The notes beneath the pieces were generated by a model, which worked only from the letters and a program-made list of their open reading frames with translations, made no database searches and had not been told where the DNA came from. A DNA stretch of 32,000 nt from Cellulophaga phage phi38:1, in the sequence record NC_021796.1; one strand, written 5' to 3'. Shown here piece by piece: positions 12,801-23,071 of the stretch. Made by a program: the position numbers and the translations under genes. Position 1 is the stretch's first letter. Every line of letters begins with the position of its first letter.

Positions 12801-13166
12801 ATGAATACATTGATAGCTAAACTTAAACAAAAAGAAGATAGTTTAATTACATACGATGTAGCTAGTACCCATACAACCGGAAAGAGGATAGAATTGGTAA
12901 GCGGACTTTTTACAGAAAGGTTGCCAAGCATGGATGACACATTATTCTTTAGGGGTGAGTTAAAGGCAGGTAAAATAGTCGAGTCTCACCACCATGATTG
13001 CATAGAGGAGTTAGTAGTTTACAGCGGAGTGTTAAGAGAATTGGTCACAGGATTAGAATTAAAGAATTTTGGAAGGCTGATAATACCTATAGGACAATGT
13101 CACATACTGTACGCCGAAAAAGATTGCGTTTTTTACGCCCACCTACATAAACCCCAAACAAAGTAA
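12801..13166 (+). CDS. cupin-like protein
   Basis: 121 aa; GELKAGKIVESHHHDCIEELVVYSGVLRELV...IIPIGQCHILYAEKDC resembles cupin motifs. Confidence 0.65.
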   Translation: MNTLIAKLKQKEDSLITYDVASTHTTGKRIELVSGLFTERLPSMDDTLFFRGELKAGKIVESHHHDCIEELVVYSGVLRELVTGLELKNFGRLIIPIGQCHILYAEKDCVFYAHLHKPQTK

Positions 13167-13561
13167 TGGAATTTGAAGTAATAGAAAAAATAGGTATTGG
13201 AGTACTTGGATTAGTCTCTACGATAATAGCCCTTAACAAAGATATGATACAAAGCTCTTTCAGTAGGAAGAGTAATACCGTATCCATAGATGTTAGTAAA
13301 GAGGATTTAGAAAGCATGCAACTAAAAAATGTAGAGCACGAGATCAACATTTATAGGGGGCTACTAGATGATATGGTTACCCGTCACAAGGCGACCATAA
13401 TAGATTTACAAGACAGCTTCGCAGAGTCTCTTTCTAGATTAGAAGGTAAGATAGAAGAGCTTAATAACTTGGTACTAGAGCAAAAAGGGTTTATAGAAAA
13501 GCAAAGTAAGAGGTTGCACTTCTATGAAAAGAAATTCGGAAAGATAAACGACCATATATAA
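13166..13561 (+). CDS. small membrane/coiled-coil protein, possible lysis accessory (holin-like)
   Basis: N-terminal hydrophobic segment then coiled coil; located directly upstream of the amidase. Confidence 0.5.
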   Translation: MEFEVIEKIGIGVLGLVSTIIALNKDMIQSSFSRKSNTVSIDVSKEDLESMQLKNVEHEINIYRGLLDDMVTRHKATIIDLQDSFAESLSRLEGKIEELNNLVLEQKGFIEKQSKRLHFYEKKFGKINDHI

Positions 13562-13570
13562 AAAAGAAAG

Positions 13571-14197
13571 ATGATAAAGAACGTAGTATTAGACCCCGGA
13601 CATGGAGGGATAGACAGGAACGGTAAATACACAACAGCTCCGGCTAAGATGTACAAATTCCCTAACGGAGAAGTGGCCTATGAAGGGGTTCTTAACAGGG
13701 CTATAGCTAAAGAGGTCGCTAGATGTCTAGAGGGTGAAAGTGGTATAAATGTAATATTTACAGTATCGCCAGAGGATCCTAAAGACGTATCATTAAGCGA
13801 GAGGGTTAGAATTACGAATAAGTACAACTCTAAGGAGACGGTATTCATATCCATTCATTGTAACGCATCTGCATCACACAAAGGTGAAGGATTTGAGATA
13901 TACACGACCAAGGGAACTACTAAAAGTGATAGACTAGCAGAATTGATAGCAGACTCGGCAGAGGTGTCTATTAAAGATGTGAGCATGAAACTTAGGTACG
14001 ACTTATCAGACAAAGATAAAGACAAGGAGTCCAACTTCAAAGTAATAAGAGAAACCAACTGCCCTGCGGTTTTAATAGAGTGTGGGTTCTTTGATAACGA
14101 GAAAGACTTCAAGAACTTGAAAGATCCAAAATTCCAATCGGATTTAGGGTCTAGGATTTACACAGGAATTTTAAACTATATAAATGAAAATAGGTAA
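13571..14197 (+). CDS. N-acetylmuramoyl-L-alanine amidase (endolysin)
   Basis: 208 aa; VVLDPGHGG, FISIHCNAS, PAVLIECGFFDN motifs of Amidase_3. Confidence 0.95.
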   Translation: MIKNVVLDPGHGGIDRNGKYTTAPAKMYKFPNGEVAYEGVLNRAIAKEVARCLEGESGINVIFTVSPEDPKDVSLSERVRITNKYNSKETVFISIHCNASASHKGEGFEIYTTKGTTKSDRLAELIADSAEVSIKDVSMKLRYDLSDKDKDKESNFKVIRETNCPAVLIECGFFDNEKDFKNLKDPKFQSDLGSRIYTGILNYINENR

Positions 14198-14783
14198 CAC
14201 GGAAATAACCGTAAATTTAATACCATGGGTGATTGCTATAATAAGCTCTATGATGCTATTTACGGAGTGCAATAGAAAAAGTGGTATAGAATATATAGAA
14301 AAAGAAGTAAAGGTCTTAGTGCCGTCCGTAGAGGGCTCCTTCGAGGAGGTGAAGCCCGTTAAAATAAACACTACGGTAGTTGAGATAGATTCTACCTACT
14401 ACGAGAGGTATGTATCTTTAAAAGATAGCGTAAGTAAGTTAGAGTTGTTCAAGGAGGCTATAGAGATAAATGAATACTCAGAAAAGTTCACAGACTCATT
14501 ACAAACTATTGAAGTGTACACTAAGACGAGGGGAGAGATACTAGGGCAGTCTGTAAAATATAAGACTAACCCATATTACATAGAAACCGAAGTAAAGATA
14601 CCTATAGAAGCTAAGAGGTACTTTTCAATAGGTACAGAAGTAGGAGTATCTACAATAGAGCCATTGACAACTACTCCGGTAGTAAAAGGTAATCTACTTT
14701 ACACAAATAAGAAAGGAAACACAATCTCAATATCTTACGATACAGAAGGAAGAGCTTGGATTGGAAAAACATGGAAATTATAG
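14184..14783 (+). CDS. membrane-anchored hypothetical protein
   Basis: 199 aa, N-terminal TM segment WVIAIISSMMLFTEC then extracytoplasmic region; overlaps the amidase stop. Confidence 0.7.
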   Translation: MKIGNTEITVNLIPWVIAIISSMMLFTECNRKSGIEYIEKEVKVLVPSVEGSFEEVKPVKINTTVVEIDSTYYERYVSLKDSVSKLELFKEAIEINEYSEKFTDSLQTIEVYTKTRGEILGQSVKYKTNPYYIETEVKIPIEAKRYFSIGTEVGVSTIEPLTTTPVVKGNLLYTNKKGNTISISYDTEGRAWIGKTWKL

Positions 14784-17714
14784 ATGGCTAGAATAAAGAA
14801 TACCGACGTATATGTATTTGACAACGTACCTGAATCATCGTCGTTTTTAGTTGGGTCAGACCAAGGAGACGGTAGGATAACTAAGTCATACAGAATAGAT
14901 ACCATATTTGGGATACTTCCCTCATATGGATATTTCACAGACGCACCTAGAGATGGTCAGCCTTACCTAAGACAAAACGGGTCTTGGGCATTAGTGCCTG
15001 CATCTGGTGTAGGTAGTGTGTTCTCGGTGTTTGGTCAAACAGGTGCTATAGAGGCAAAAGAAGACGATTACAAGGACTTCTACTCTTTGCTAGGACATAC
15101 GCACACAGAGAGCGAGATAATCGATCTAGGAGACTATTTAGAGTCTGTAAACATATCTGATATAAATGCCACAGGGAGCGCAAACTCAAACACGTTCCTT
15201 AGGGGAGACGGAGTGTGGGCAGACGCCTCTAATATAAATAGCGTATTTGGAAGAGGTGGAGAAGTTACAGCAGAAGAAGGAGACTACTCAGGATTCTACT
15301 CTTTGCTAGGGCATACTCATAACTCTTCTGAAATAGACGACTTTAACTCAGAGCTATCCGGAAAAAATAACACTACAGCTTATACTCCAACAGGGGATTA
15401 CAACGTATCAACTAAAAAGTACGTAGATGACTCTATATCTTCATACAATCGAGTTACCGGAGTATTCGGTAGAGATGGAGAAGTTACAGCAGAAGAAGGA
15501 GATTACTCAGGATTCTACTCTTTATTAGGACACACTCACTTAGAATCAGACATCACAGATTTAGGGAACTACCTAGAGTCTGTAAATATTGGAGATATAA
15601 ACGCACTAGGTACACCTACCTCAGATAATTTTCTTAGGGGAGATGGTAATTGGGCAAGCATAGCTACCTCATTATCAGGACTTTCTGACGTAACCCTAGG
15701 ATCTGTATTGTCAGGAGAAGTTTTAAGACATAATGGAACAGTTTGGGAGAATAAAAAAATAACTATAGCAGACATAGATAATTTCCCGTCTTACGAGTTA
15801 TTATCAAATAAGGGGGCATCTAACGGATACGCACCCCTTAACGCATCTGGACTTATAGATTCAGGATACTTACCATCTTTCGTAGATGATGTTTTAGAGT
15901 TCAATGACTACGCCAGTTTCCCATTAACAGGAGAGACTGGTAAAATATACATTGACCTTTATGAGAATAATCTTTATAGATGGGGAGGGTCTAACTACAT
16001 ACCAGTAGGCGGAACAGAGGCTATTAACTGGGGAGCAATCACAGGTACCTTATCTAATCAAACAGATTTACAATCGGCATTAGATGGTAAACTAGGAACT
16101 CTTGGAACAGCCTACAACTCAAATTTACTAGGTGGGTTTAACTCAGGTCAGTTTTTAAGAAGTGATACTAGTGATACTATGAATGGTACGTTAGGTGTGC
16201 TTCAAAACATAAATGTCGGAGGTAGTTTAGATGTAGACGGTAATTCTAATACTTCTGGTATATTGGCAACTCAGGAGTATTTAATAACTAAAGGATCATC
16301 AAATGGACTAAGATTGCAGAATCCGATAAGTGTAGGAGATGCAGCAGATATCTATATGTCTTACTATGATTCAGTAAACACTAGGATGGGTTATGTTGGA
16401 TTTGGATCTCAAAGTAGTTCAGACTTTATTATCAGGAATGACATGGCCGATAGTACCCTAACACTCTCTTCCACAGGAACAAAAGACCTAAAATACTCAA
16501 GTAACGGAATTACTGGCACTGTATGGCATTCTGCTAATGATGGGATTGGTTCTGGATTAGATGCCGATAGATTTAGAGGACTTACTAAATCTAGTTCAGG
16601 AGATCGATTTAACATAGTACCAGTAGTAAGTCCAACAGGCGTAATGGAAATTGGAAGGTATGTTGATTTTCACGATTCAGATGAAGATACATCCGATTAT
16701 AGTAATAGATTGTCATCGAATGGAGCAAGTGGGTTGACTGCATCAGGTAACTTTACTTCTTCTAAAGAGCTTCGTAGTGAAAACTCTGGGGAAAATGCAA
16801 GGTTATTGTACCTTGCTACAGAACGTCCTTGGTATTTTAAACAAGGATTAACAGGGGGTACAACTAGATTATCATTAATATCAACATCTGCTTCTAAGGT
16901 TTTTACAATAGGAGACGAGACAAATGATGACAACTTTATTGTAAATGCATCAAGCGGTTCAATTACAACACAAGGAGAAATTACCGCAAATGGTAATAAT
17001 ATATATACAGAAAACTGTAGAATTAGAGATAATGGAATAGGTGCGCTTATTGTTAGTGCATCAGGAGATGGTGTATACCTGAGACCAAATGGAGACGGCT
17101 CGGTTGCAGGTCAGTTTGAAATTTCCTCAAGTAAAGTGGTGACATCAAATCACATTGAAGTAACAGCAGCCGAGAGAAGAGTTGCTTACTCAGTTTGGTC
17201 AGGTAGTACATATGGTATTGGAATGGGGTCTGGCTATACTTATGGTGCATTGAGTGGATATGCAATGACTTTTCAAATGAACTCTGACGCAGGCAGAGGT
17301 TGGTGGTGGGGGAAATCAACCCACAGTAACGCACAAGGAGCTATGTCCTTAGCTAATGATGGAAGATTAACAGTAGGTAGCACGGTAACTGCTACTAACT
17401 TTATATTATCATCTGATAAAAGGTTAAAAGAAAATATAAAAGAGTATAAACCTCTTGACCTAAGCTTCAAGGCAGTAACATTCGATTGGATAGACAAGGA
17501 GCACGGGGGTACTCAAACTGGATATATAGCACAGGATGTAGAGATGAGTAATCCTCAATTTGTAAACACAGATAATAATGGATTTAAGTCTGTAAAGTAC
17601 ATAGATGTACTAGTTGCTAAAATGGCAGAGAAGGATATTCAAATAGAATCTTTGGAAGAGAGGGTTGAAATATTAGAAGAAAAACTAAACTTAATAGTAG
17701 ATAATTTATTATAA
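14784..17714 (+). CDS. tail fibre/tailspike with C-terminal S74 intramolecular chaperone
   Basis: 976 aa; repeated FGRxGEVTAEEGDYSGFYSLLGHTH modules; C-terminus SDKRLKENIKEYKPL...GYIAQDV..VKYIDVLVAKMAEKD typical of Peptidase_S74. Confidence 0.93.
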   Translation: MARIKNTDVYVFDNVPESSSFLVGSDQGDGRITKSYRIDTIFGILPSYGYFTDAPRDGQPYLRQNGSWALVPASGVGSVFSVFGQTGAIEAKEDDYKDFYSLLGHTHTESEIIDLGDYLESVNISDINATGSANSNTFLRGDGVWADASNINSVFGRGGEVTAEEGDYSGFYSLLGHTHNSSEIDDFNSELSGKNNTTAYTPTGDYNVSTKKYVDDSISSYNRVTGVFGRDGEVTAEEGDYSGFYSLLGHTHLESDITDLGNYLESVNIGDINALGTPTSDNFLRGDGNWASIATSLSGLSDVTLGSVLSGEVLRHNGTVWENKKITIADIDNFPSYELLSNKGASNGYAPLNASGLIDSGYLPSFVDDVLEFNDYASFPLTGETGKIYIDLYENNLYRWGGSNYIPVGGTEAINWGAITGTLSNQTDLQSALDGKLGTLGTAYNSNLLGGFNSGQFLRSDTSDTMNGTLGVLQNINVGGSLDVDGNSNTSGILATQEYLITKGSSNGLRLQNPISVGDAADIYMSYYDSVNTRMGYVGFGSQSSSDFIIRNDMADSTLTLSSTGTKDLKYSSNGITGTVWHSANDGIGSGLDADRFRGLTKSSSGDRFNIVPVVSPTGVMEIGRYVDFHDSDEDTSDYSNRLSSNGASGLTASGNFTSSKELRSENSGENARLLYLATERPWYFKQGLTGGTTRLSLISTSASKVFTIGDETNDDNFIVNASSGSITTQGEITANGNNIYTENCRIRDNGIGALIVSASGDGVYLRPNGDGSVAGQFEISSSKVVTSNHIEVTAAERRVAYSVWSGSTYGIGMGSGYTYGALSGYAMTFQMNSDAGRGWWWGKSTHSNAQGAMSLANDGRLTVGSTVTATNFILSSDKRLKENIKEYKPLDLSFKAVTFDWIDKEHGGTQTGYIAQDVEMSNPQFVNTDNNGFKSVKYIDVLVAKMAEKDIQIESLEERVEILEEKLNLIVDNLL

Positions 17715-18166
17715 TGTCAGTACCAAACACAACAACATTTAACCTGATAAATGTAACAACAGAGTTAGGCTTATCGTCTAACTCTAGTTTACAGGAGTGC
17801 TTTTCGGTGTCGTCTGCAAATGGATTTGACTCTAGCTATGCAGGCAGCAAGAACGGACTATTGAACTTTAGAAACTATAGCAATGTAGCAACGGAAGTCA
17901 CAACTAGAATTGTAATGTCAAATACAGGAACATCCGCATTACCTAACGCATGTAGCACCTTAACAACAAGTGTTTTCAGGTATTTCAGAAGCACTGTAAG
18001 TTACCCTAGGATTGGAGATATAATATACGGAGATTCAAACCTAAACTTCCCAATGAACGGACTTAATAATTATTTTAAGTTTGAGTACACAACAGGAACA
18101 GGTTCATATTTAATAAGAGTAAGCTCACAAGGGCAAGTGGTTAGTAGTGTAGCACTATGTTCATAA
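17714..18166 (+). CDS. hypothetical tail-associated protein
   Basis: 150-aa ORF between two fibre genes. Confidence 0.75.
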   Translation: MSVPNTTTFNLINVTTELGLSSNSSLQECFSVSSANGFDSSYAGSKNGLLNFRNYSNVATEVTTRIVMSNTGTSALPNACSTLTTSVFRYFRSTVSYPRIGDIIYGDSNLNFPMNGLNNYFKFEYTTGTGSYLIRVSSQGQVVSSVALCS

Positions 18167-18191
18167 TTAACAGAAAACAACAATAAAAGTA

Positions 18192-19523
18192 ATGGCAAGA
18201 ATAAAAAATACACAGATATACGACTATGATGCATCTCCTTCACCGGAAGACTATTTAATAGGAACGGATAGCCAAGATAATCTAAGAACTAGAAGCTACC
18301 TGATTGGAGATATAATAGCCTTAAGAAATAGTTTTCTAGGTTTGCCAGATACACCCAATAGTTTTGAAGGACAATCTGGAAAAACTTTAATAGTAAATGA
18401 CGACGAAGATGGACTAATATTCGGGGAATCAGCATCCTCATTTTTAAGTTTATTAGACACTCCCGACACTTTTACAGGTCAATCAGGTAAGTCTATAATA
18501 GTAAACAACGACGAGGATGGGGTAGTGTTTGGAGAGGCAATATCTAAGTTTTTAAGTTTATCAGATACACCGTCCTCTTACGTAGCACAGGCCGGAAAGT
18601 CGGTATTAGTAAATGCCCAAGGAACTGGATTGACATTCGGAGAGTCTACCTCTACGTTTTTAAGTTTATCAGATACACCTGACGATTACGAGTTCAGAAA
18701 AGGTTGGATATTGAAGGTAAATGATGACGAGGATGGAATAAAGTTCCAACAAGATAATTACGTAACATTAGATACAGTTCAAACAATAAACGCTGCAAAA
18801 ACTTTCAATGGAGTAGTTAGGACAAATAATATAATAGCAGACGACCTTATAACCGCAAATAGCTCTGTGTACATCACAGGTGGTCTTAGAGTAGGTAAGT
18901 CGGGATCAACGGGCAGTATTACTATTTTTCCATCGACATCTTTGTTAGCACAAAACACTACTACCTCACATAGTTACTTTTCAGCAGTAGGTACTGGTTC
19001 TGGAATAGAGGGGTTTACCTTCAAGCCAGGCGGGATCAAGTTTGCCGGAACACTTAATTTTGATGGATTTACGTCAAATAGAGTTCACTCGTTCCAAGAT
19101 AGAGACGGAACGGTGGCTTATCTTGATGATGTAATTTCTCAGGAGTCTGGCAGTTTTACTGCAACATTAGGGGATAGTAATGGTAGGTATAGTTATTCTC
19201 AAGGTTCTTCTGTAGGAAGTTATGTGAAGACGGGTAAGGTTATAAATTTCTCAATTAATATAAGAACAAGCGGAACTACTGATAATGGCGGAACTGCAGG
19301 ATTACTGTCAATAAGTGGTTTTGATTTCTTGGATGACGAGCTTTTTGAGTATAATCAGGTTTTCGCTTGCTTATTCAATAACAAACAGTATCACGGTACA
19401 ATACACGGAGATAATACTATTATCTTTAGGGAAATTGGAGGAAGTATATCAACAGCGGTTATAGCAACTAGTTTACCCAACAGCACTCAGGTGTATATGA
19501 CAGGGTCTATAGTATTAAATTAA
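18192..19523 (+). CDS. second tail fibre protein
   Basis: 443 aa; N-terminus MARIKNTQIYDYDASPSPEDYLIGTDSQDNLRTRSYLIGDI parallels the 976-aa fibre; repeats FLSLxDTPDxFxGQSGKSxIVNNDEDGxxFGE. Confidence 0.9.
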   Translation: MARIKNTQIYDYDASPSPEDYLIGTDSQDNLRTRSYLIGDIIALRNSFLGLPDTPNSFEGQSGKTLIVNDDEDGLIFGESASSFLSLLDTPDTFTGQSGKSIIVNNDEDGVVFGEAISKFLSLSDTPSSYVAQAGKSVLVNAQGTGLTFGESTSTFLSLSDTPDDYEFRKGWILKVNDDEDGIKFQQDNYVTLDTVQTINAAKTFNGVVRTNNIIADDLITANSSVYITGGLRVGKSGSTGSITIFPSTSLLAQNTTTSHSYFSAVGTGSGIEGFTFKPGGIKFAGTLNFDGFTSNRVHSFQDRDGTVAYLDDVISQESGSFTATLGDSNGRYSYSQGSSVGSYVKTGKVINFSINIRTSGTTDNGGTAGLLSISGFDFLDDELFEYNQVFACLFNNKQYHGTIHGDNTIIFREIGGSISTAVIATSLPNSTQVYMTGSIVLN

Positions 19524-19565
19524 CGAGTCGCCGAGCACATAATATTAGTGTAAGGCGATTTTCTT

Positions 19566-19573
19566 TATATTTG
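19566..19573 (+). promoter_or_regulatory. TAnnTTTG -7 box
   Basis: TATATTTG upstream of 19603. Confidence 0.55.
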
Positions 19574-19602
19574 TATAAGTATTAATTTAATAAAATCTAA
19601 CA

Positions 19603-19845
19603 ATGGCAACGAAACAATTTAGAAAAATAACAGTAGGAGATAATTTCTCTAACTGCATAGCTTACGTAAAAACTATAAAATACTTAGGACGTTCGGTAGA
19701 AATTACTGACATTATAGAAGAAGAAGAAAATAAAGGTTACATAGATATTTACGTCACTGCAGACGATGGTAGAACCACAGTTATATGGAAGACTATACCG
19801 TACAGTAAAGTGATAGAATTTGAATACGATGTAAACTTCAAGTAA
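19603..19845 (+). CDS. hypothetical protein
   Basis: 80-aa ORF. Confidence 0.8.
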   Translation: MATKQFRKITVGDNFSNCIAYVKTIKYLGRSVEITDIIEEEENKGYIDIYVTADDGRTTVIWKTIPYSKVIEFEYDVNFK

Positions 19846-19846
19846 T

Positions 19847-20431
19847 ATGAAAGCAACTATATATTTTATAGTACACGTGGAAAATTCTTATAATAACCAC
19901 GTGGAACTAAACGACTCTCAAACAATGGCCGTAAACAACTCAATAGAGAGTGTAGAGCACATTAACAGAGTAGGAAAAGTGATAAGCTCCCCTAAAGGCG
20001 CTCTAGTCAAAGAGGGAGATTTAGTCTTATTTCACCACAACATCTGCAGAAAATCTTGGGGCCTCAAAGGAAAAAAGAAGCCTAGCGAGTACTCGATCAC
20101 CGAGAATGAATACTACGTTCCGACAGAAGAGATATTTATGTACATGAGTGAGGGCGATAGTGATTGGAAAGCTATAGACCCTTTCGTATTTGTAAGGCCT
20201 ATAGAATCCGAGCCTAAGGTTCTAGATAACGGACTAAGGGTGATAGAAGAAGAGTACAAAGGGATGGTTCCTCTAGTGGGAATAATGGCCTATCCAAACA
20301 GAGAGCTCCTAGATAAGGGAGTCAAGGCAGGGGATAAAGTAGCTTTTCAACAAGATTCAGAACACGAGTACATGATTAAGGGTGTACTACATTATAAAAT
20401 GAGAACTAACGACATTTTAGCAGTTATATGA
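19847..20431 (+). CDS. hypothetical protein
   Basis: 194-aa ORF directly upstream of the terminase, 4-nt overlap. Confidence 0.8.
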   Translation: MKATIYFIVHVENSYNNHVELNDSQTMAVNNSIESVEHINRVGKVISSPKGALVKEGDLVLFHHNICRKSWGLKGKKKPSEYSITENEYYVPTEEIFMYMSEGDSDWKAIDPFVFVRPIESEPKVLDNGLRVIEEEYKGMVPLVGIMAYPNRELLDKGVKAGDKVAFQQDSEHEYMIKGVLHYKMRTNDILAVI

Positions 20432-23067
20432 TAGGATTAAGCCATGACATAGAATTAGCACTAGACATAGTTATAGAAGGTCTAGATTATCAGATGGTAG
20501 TAGATGCCATAGAACCTGATAAGGTTAAGGCTGCCATGGAGTCAAAATTAACGTCATTCAAAACAGCTAAGGAATTACTTTCTAAGTGGGTAAATAGCCC
20601 AAATTCTCCATCGGATAAAAAGTTTACAAACTACGTAGAGAAATTAATAAATTCAGGAGAGTCTTCACTTAAGACTTTAAGGAAAGCATTAGTAGCAAAG
20701 ATCGATTACGACTTATTAGATGCACACAAGCATAAGCTAGCTGCCCAGACTAAACTACTTGTACTTAACTCTATAACCGAGTTAGATTCTTCATTAATAG
20801 AGCTTAGGCACCAGTTTGAAACAGGTAAAGTAATCTTAAAAGAAGCAGAATTTACCAGAGGGTTTGCAGAAAAGTTTGCATACGGAGAGTTTTTCCCTTT
20901 AGATAACTACTATAAAAAGTGGTACAATGAAGAGGAAGACGCAGTAGTTATTGACCCAAAGGGTTCTAGAGGTGAGATTATAGAGTTAGACGGGCTAAGG
21001 GTTCAGCTACCAATACCACCTAGAGACAGAAAGAAGATAAGATTCCACGATAAAAAGAAAGAGGATCAGTATTGGAGAAGGGAAGAGTTACCTAAAGGCC
21101 TTACCCCTGACAATGCCGAGCCTTTTACAGAATACATATTAGAGCAGTTTAGAATAAGAAGAGAAGGACTTTGGTTCTACAACAACGGAAAACCTACTTG
21201 GTTGTCTCCTAGACATTGGATGCAATTACAATGGGGAAAGATGTTTGATGACCAGATATACCCTACTTATAGACACGCTCAACTTTTACTTTACTACCAT
21301 AAGGAGGCCTGCTACGTAGATTCTAGGTCTATGGGTCAAATATTCCTTAAGTCTCGTCAAACGGGGTATACTTATGGGATGATGTCAGACTCTTTAGAAT
21401 TAGTAACTAGGGTTATAGGAGCCAGAACAGGATTGACTTCGATGACGGATGATGATGCCAGAGTAGCTTTTGGTAAGATGTCTTATACGTTTCAAGAATG
21501 GCCGTTCTTCTTCCAACCTATTTATAAAGGTAAAGTCGATTCTCCTACTAACTTAGCTTTTGGTAAGCCATCAAACTCTAGTAAGGATGAGAAAAAGAAA
21601 AAGGATACAACTACAGATGGTTATGTGAACAGTATGACTGACTTCGAGGCTACCAAGGTTAAGGCCTATGATGGTAGACACATGAAGTTGTATATTGGGG
21701 ATGAATCAGCTAAATGGGATAGAGCAAGTTACATAGAACACTTAGGTACGCTATTACCTACAACCTTCCGTGGTGGTAGAGTAGTGGGTAAAGTATTCTT
21801 AGGATCTACCATGGGTAAATTAAATGCCGGTGGTGAGGATTTTAAAATACTTTATAGAAACTCTAAGGTTTCAGAGAGACAAGAGTCAGGGTTTACCTCA
21901 ACTAAATTGTACTCTTACTTTATGGGAGCGCATACCAACTACGAAAACTGTATTGATAAATATGGTAAGTGTTGGGAAGAGACCCCTCCAAAAGGAACCC
22001 TTAACGTGTTCGGAGAGCCAATACTTAAAGGATCTATACAGGCTATTAAAGAGATGTACAATGATGCAAAGAATACAGATGATGTAGCTCTTAACGCAGC
22101 ATATAGAGCATTCCCTATGACCGAGTCTCACGCTATGAGGGATGAGGCCGACGAGTGTGTATTCAACCTTACTAAACTTACTGACCAATGGGATAACAAT
22201 GAAGAAGTGTCTATTTTTAAGAGTCAATATGTTAGAGGTAATTTCAAGTGGGAAAATGACATAAGATTCTCTAAGGTAGAATTTATACCAGATGATAGAG
22301 GTAGGTTCAAGATAGCTTGGATGCCGAACAAGGGAGATAACACAGACCACCTTAGAAATAATGTAAAGTCCGTAAGAAACTTATACACTCCGATGAACGA
22401 CTACGGTTGTATAGGAGTCGATTGTTTTGGTTCATACGTACAAGGTAAAAATAAAGCGTCTAAAGGAGCTGCCCACGGGTACTCTAAACCTAACGCACAT
22501 GGAGTTCCGACAAACTTCTTCTTCTTTGAATACTTAGATAGGCCTGCAACACAGGACATATTTAACGAAGATATATTTATGGCGGCATGGTTCTACGGAC
22601 TACCTATATTAGCAGAGAACAACAGGAGGGATTTTGTTAGATACATTTACTCTAACAGATCTAGACCATTCTCAATGAATAGAGTAGACAAGAAGAAACT
22701 AGACGGAGATGATTTAGTATTAGGAGGACAGCCAATGCAGAGTAAGGATATTTTAGATACTCACGAAAACTGTATTAGAACTTTTATACAATGTCACGTA
22801 GGGGTTAGTACAGCGCCAGAGGGTATAAAATACAGACCGGAAGGAGACATGGGTAATATGGTCTTCAACGACACTATTTCCGACTGGATGATATTCAATC
22901 CAAGTGCTAGAACTGCCCATGATGCAACTATCTCTAGTGGATTAGCCATAATGGGATGTCAAAGAGAGAGATACAACCCTATCGAGAAAAAGAATGATAA
23001 GGAAAAAAACGTATCTTTGATAAGAAAATATAAAAATACGGGTTACACCAGTACACTTATAAAATAG
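20428..23067 (+). CDS. terL: terminase large subunit (crAss-like)
   Basis: 879 aa; FLKSRQTGYTYG Walker-A-like, LYIGDESAKWDR acidic motif, GKVFLGSTMG coupling motif; followed by a portal gene. Confidence 0.88.
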   Translation: MIGLSHDIELALDIVIEGLDYQMVVDAIEPDKVKAAMESKLTSFKTAKELLSKWVNSPNSPSDKKFTNYVEKLINSGESSLKTLRKALVAKIDYDLLDAHKHKLAAQTKLLVLNSITELDSSLIELRHQFETGKVILKEAEFTRGFAEKFAYGEFFPLDNYYKKWYNEEEDAVVIDPKGSRGEIIELDGLRVQLPIPPRDRKKIRFHDKKKEDQYWRREELPKGLTPDNAEPFTEYILEQFRIRREGLWFYNNGKPTWLSPRHWMQLQWGKMFDDQIYPTYRHAQLLLYYHKEACYVDSRSMGQIFLKSRQTGYTYGMMSDSLELVTRVIGARTGLTSMTDDDARVAFGKMSYTFQEWPFFFQPIYKGKVDSPTNLAFGKPSNSSKDEKKKKDTTTDGYVNSMTDFEATKVKAYDGRHMKLYIGDESAKWDRASYIEHLGTLLPTTFRGGRVVGKVFLGSTMGKLNAGGEDFKILYRNSKVSERQESGFTSTKLYSYFMGAHTNYENCIDKYGKCWEETPPKGTLNVFGEPILKGSIQAIKEMYNDAKNTDDVALNAAYRAFPMTESHAMRDEADECVFNLTKLTDQWDNNEEVSIFKSQYVRGNFKWENDIRFSKVEFIPDDRGRFKIAWMPNKGDNTDHLRNNVKSVRNLYTPMNDYGCIGVDCFGSYVQGKNKASKGAAHGYSKPNAHGVPTNFFFFEYLDRPATQDIFNEDIFMAAWFYGLPILAENNRRDFVRYIYSNRSRPFSMNRVDKKKLDGDDLVLGGQPMQSKDILDTHENCIRTFIQCHVGVSTAPEGIKYRPEGDMGNMVFNDTISDWMIFNPSARTAHDATISSGLAIMGCQRERYNPIEKKNDKEKNVSLIRKYKNTGYTSTLIK

Positions 23068-23071
23068 ATAG

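Noticed and set aside
14735-17497. Series of minus-strand ORFs inside the fibre gene
   Set aside because: Antisense to a single long forward ORF with clear fibre and S74 domains.
14784-19523. Diversity-generating retroelement acting on the fibre genes
   Set aside because: No reverse transcriptase and no template/variable repeat pair detected in the window.
20428-20700. Intein or intron interrupting terL
   Set aside because: The terL reading frame is continuous over 879 codons, and no intein or homing endonuclease motifs were recognised.
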